From NCBI GenBank assembly GCA_902536305.1, contig CACAWX010000003.1:9599-73598 (forward strand): DNA of 64,000 nt. Direction: 5' to 3'. The notes under the pieces were generated by a model. It made no database searches and was not told where the DNA came from. It worked only from the letters and a program-made list of their open reading frames with translations. How positions within the stretch are numbered: position 1 is the stretch's first letter; every line of letters begins with the position of its first letter. Both the position numbers and the translations under genes were made by a program. This document shows, piece by piece, positions 61,977 through 64,000 of the stretch. The DNA is from an uncultured Pelagibacteraceae bacterium (GTDB lineage Bacteria > Pseudomonadota > Alphaproteobacteria > Pelagibacterales > Pelagibacteraceae).

Positions 61977-62324
61977 CTATTTTACTAACCTTAATTTATT
62001 CCAACTAGTTTTGTTAATTAATTGATTTAAGTCCTCAGATTTTTTCAGAATAATTCCATTTTTATCTTTAATTAAGTATCTTTCATTAAAATATTGAGGT
62101 TTAAGATTTTTTAAAATTCTAAGAACAGGTTTATCCGATGCTCTTTGATAAACATTAAAAGAAACTTCTCTTACTCCCGAGGTGAAAGAATAATCTTTCC
62201 ATGATCCATTAGAAACCATTTTTGCATATAAATTTAATATGCTTTGAAGTTCTTTTTTAATAAAAAACTTTTCTTTATTCTTTTTTTGAACCTCATTATT
62301 AACAACTAATCTAATTTTATTCAT
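61977..62324 (-). CDS. DUF2794-family protein
   Basis: EL..ILNLYAKMV..G.WKDY, terminal LRLVK; convergent with yccA. Confidence 0.85.
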   Translation of the reverse strand: MNKIRLVVNNEVQKKNKEKFFIKKELQSILNLYAKMVSNGSWKDYSFTSGVREVSFNVYQRASDKPVLRILKNLKPQYFNERYLIKDKNGIILKKSEDLNQLINKTSWNKLRLVK

Positions 62325-62866
62325 ACTTTATATTTATTTATCAAAGGTAATTGCATAGCGGTAAAGATAATCGTTATCGGAAGCATTCCCCAAACTTTAA
62401 AATTAACCCAAGTAGTCTCTGGTTGTGTTCTCCAAACTATTTCGTTTAAAATTGCTAAAAATACAAAGAAGTAAGCCCATCTGAAGTTTAGCTTATTCCA
62501 TCCTTCTTCGTTTAACTGAAAAGCTGTTTGTAAAAATAGTTTCAAGAAATTTCTATTAAAATAAGTTTTGCTTATAATTAGGATAGCTGCAAATATAATA
62601 TTTACTATCGTGGGCTTCATATAAATAAAGATTGGATTGTTAAAATACAAAGTCAATCCTCCAAATAACGAGATCACTATAGCCCCAATTAATGGTACAA
62701 AGGGAATTTTTTTTTCAACAAAATACATTATCGCAACCGCAATTAATGTAGAGATTATTAAGGGTGGAATTGCAGCTGTTAAACTATTCCCACTCTTATA
62801 GTAGATAGTAAAAAAAATTAATAGAGGGCCAAAATCTGTAATAAATTTTAAAAACGACTTATTCAC
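62321..62866 (-). CDS. yciB: Inner-membrane protein YciB (IspZ)
   Basis: DFGPL, MKPTI, LNEIVWR, WVNFKVWG. Confidence 0.94.
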   Translation of the reverse strand: MNKSFLKFITDFGPLLIFFTIYYKSGNSLTAAIPPLIISTLIAVAIMYFVEKKIPFVPLIGAIVISLFGGLTLYFNNPIFIYMKPTIVNIIFAAILIISKTYFNRNFLKLFLQTAFQLNEEGWNKLNFRWAYFFVFLAILNEIVWRTQPETTWVNFKVWGMLPITIIFTAMQLPLINKYKV

Positions 62867-62942
62867 ATTAAGTTTTTAGCATATAATAAAATTTTAATAA
62901 ATTAGATATTGATTTTCAGAAAAAAATTACTAATTATTTAGT

Positions 62943-63266
62943 ATGATTACAAAAGACACAGCAAAATTTTCTATAGGTGAAGTCGTTAAACATAGACATT
63001 TTGACTTTAGGGGAGTTATTTACGACGTGGACTTTGAGTTCAATAACTCTGAAGAATGGTACCAATCAATTCCAAAAGAAGTCAGACCAAGAAAAGATCA
63101 ACCCTTTTATCACCTGTTAGCCGAGAGTAATGATGTAACTTACGAAGCTTACGTGTCTGAGCAGAACCTTCTTTTAGATCAGTCGAAAGAACCAGTTAAA
63201 CATCCTCTTATAGAGGAAATTTTTTCAGGCAAAAAAGGCTCGAGTTATCTTAAAATATCAAATTAA
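62943..63266 (+). CDS. hspQ: Heat shock protein HspQ
   Basis: AKFSIGEVVKH, RGVIYDVD, DQPFYHLL, AYVSEQNL. Confidence 0.95.
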   Translation: MITKDTAKFSIGEVVKHRHFDFRGVIYDVDFEFNNSEEWYQSIPKEVRPRKDQPFYHLLAESNDVTYEAYVSEQNLLLDQSKEPVKHPLIEEIFSGKKGSSYLKISN

Positions 63267-63333
63267 TTACTTCTGCCTAAAAGATAACATTTTTTATTCA
63301 AATCACAGACACAGTAAATATCTATATTAATTA

Positions 63334-63404
63334 TGTTTTAGCCCAATTGAGGATAATCTCTTTAGTTATACTCCCTCCTAATTCTCAGTTGGGCTCATAA
63401 AACA
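63334..63404 (+). ncRNA. Candidate structured RNA with anti-SD loop
   Basis: 15-bp stem with two G-U pairs on + strand, extra basal stem, loop containing CTCCCTCCT. Confidence 0.45.
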
Positions 63405-63442
63405 ACTTCACATAAAAAAAATATTATAGTAATTAAATCCTA

Positions 63443-64000
63443 ATGTTTAAATTATTGAGTTTAGGTAATATATTTTATTGGATTGAGAAATTAACAAAAT
63501 TTATCAATTCAATATTTTTTGTTTTACTTTTAGTAGCACTTTCTTTTGCATTAATTCTTTCTCCTCCGGATTATTTACAAGGTGATAGCGTTAGAATTAT
63601 GTATGTGCATGTACCTTCCGCTTGGATAGGTTTGGCTTCTTTTACATCAATAGCTTTTTTATCTATTGTGAATTTTGTTTTTAAGATAAAAAATATAAAA
63701 CTTATTACAAAAAGTATTGCTCCAATAGGTTTGATGTTTACTTGTTTAGCAATTGTCACTGGATCATTATGGGGACAACCAACTTGGGGAACATGGTGGG
63801 CATGGGACGCAAGGATTACTTCAATGTTAATACTTGCTGTTTTCTATATTGGTTTTATTTCTGTTCATAAGTTTATTTCTGAAGAAGAAAGAGCAAATAG
63901 AATTTCAAGTATTATTGCTATAATAGGTTTAATCAATGTACCAATAATTAAATACTCAGTCGAATGGTGGAACACGCTTCATCAACCTGCTAGTATCAAA
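63443..64000 (+). CDS. ccmC: Heme exporter CcmC (truncated by window edge)
   Basis: ATG 63443; PPDYLQGDSVRIMYVHVP, Trp-rich motif GSLWGQPTWGTWWAWDAR. Confidence 0.96.
   Translation, partial: MFKLLSLGNIFYWIEKLTKFINSIFFVLLLVALSFALILSPPDYLQGDSVRIMYVHVPSAWIGLASFTSIAFLSIVNFVFKIKNIKLITKSIAPIGLMFTCLAIVTGSLWGQPTWGTWWAWDARITSMLILAVFYIGFISVHKFISEEERANRISSIIAIIGLINVPIIKYSVEWWNTLHQPASIK

Noticed and set aside
63371-63380. AGGAGGGAG on the - strand as RBS of a small ORF
   Set aside because: No start codon at a usable distance, and the G-U pairs favour the + strand RNA.
220-63759. Other 60-125 aa ORFs nested in or antisense to core genes (e.g. 220-474, 28183-28521, 28727-29104, 63571-63759)
   Set aside because: They overlap well-supported genes and have no recognisable motifs.

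Overview
AT-rich, very compact alphaproteobacterial chromosome segment. The gene set, gene order and near-absent intergenic space point to a SAR11/Pelagibacterales genome (inference). The window spans the probable replication origin (ppsR-hemE interval, 35468-35737) and is mostly core genes: grpE-dnaK-dnaJ, leuS-lptE-holA, parAB-rsmG-mnmG-mnmE, ftsK-lolA, his cluster, hslVU, dnaQ-coaE-aroE-maf, hemEHJ-rho, purH, rpe, a solute symporter/acs locus, tsaD, hemCD, folD, argG and ccmC. Main unusual items: (1) a 1.3-kb integrase-free islet at tRNA-Gly(GCC) that duplicates the 5' half of the tRNA, with a promoter in front of each copy, and carries one T5orf172/GIY-YIG gene between a second, nested pair of 24-bp direct repeats; (2) an acetyl-CoA synthetase with a 58-aa Lys/Arg-rich N-terminal tail; (3) an uncalled 40-aa ArfA-like ORF coupled to a CenR-like regulator with a degenerate receiver domain; (4) a pentameric ligand-gated ion channel homolog between tsaD and the EVE gene; (5) a hairpin with an anti-Shine-Dalgarno loop between hspQ and ccmC; (6) AT-shifted DnaA-box-like 9-mers at oriC and a probable inversion across the origin. 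All calls come from motif recognition by eye; no database searches were run.
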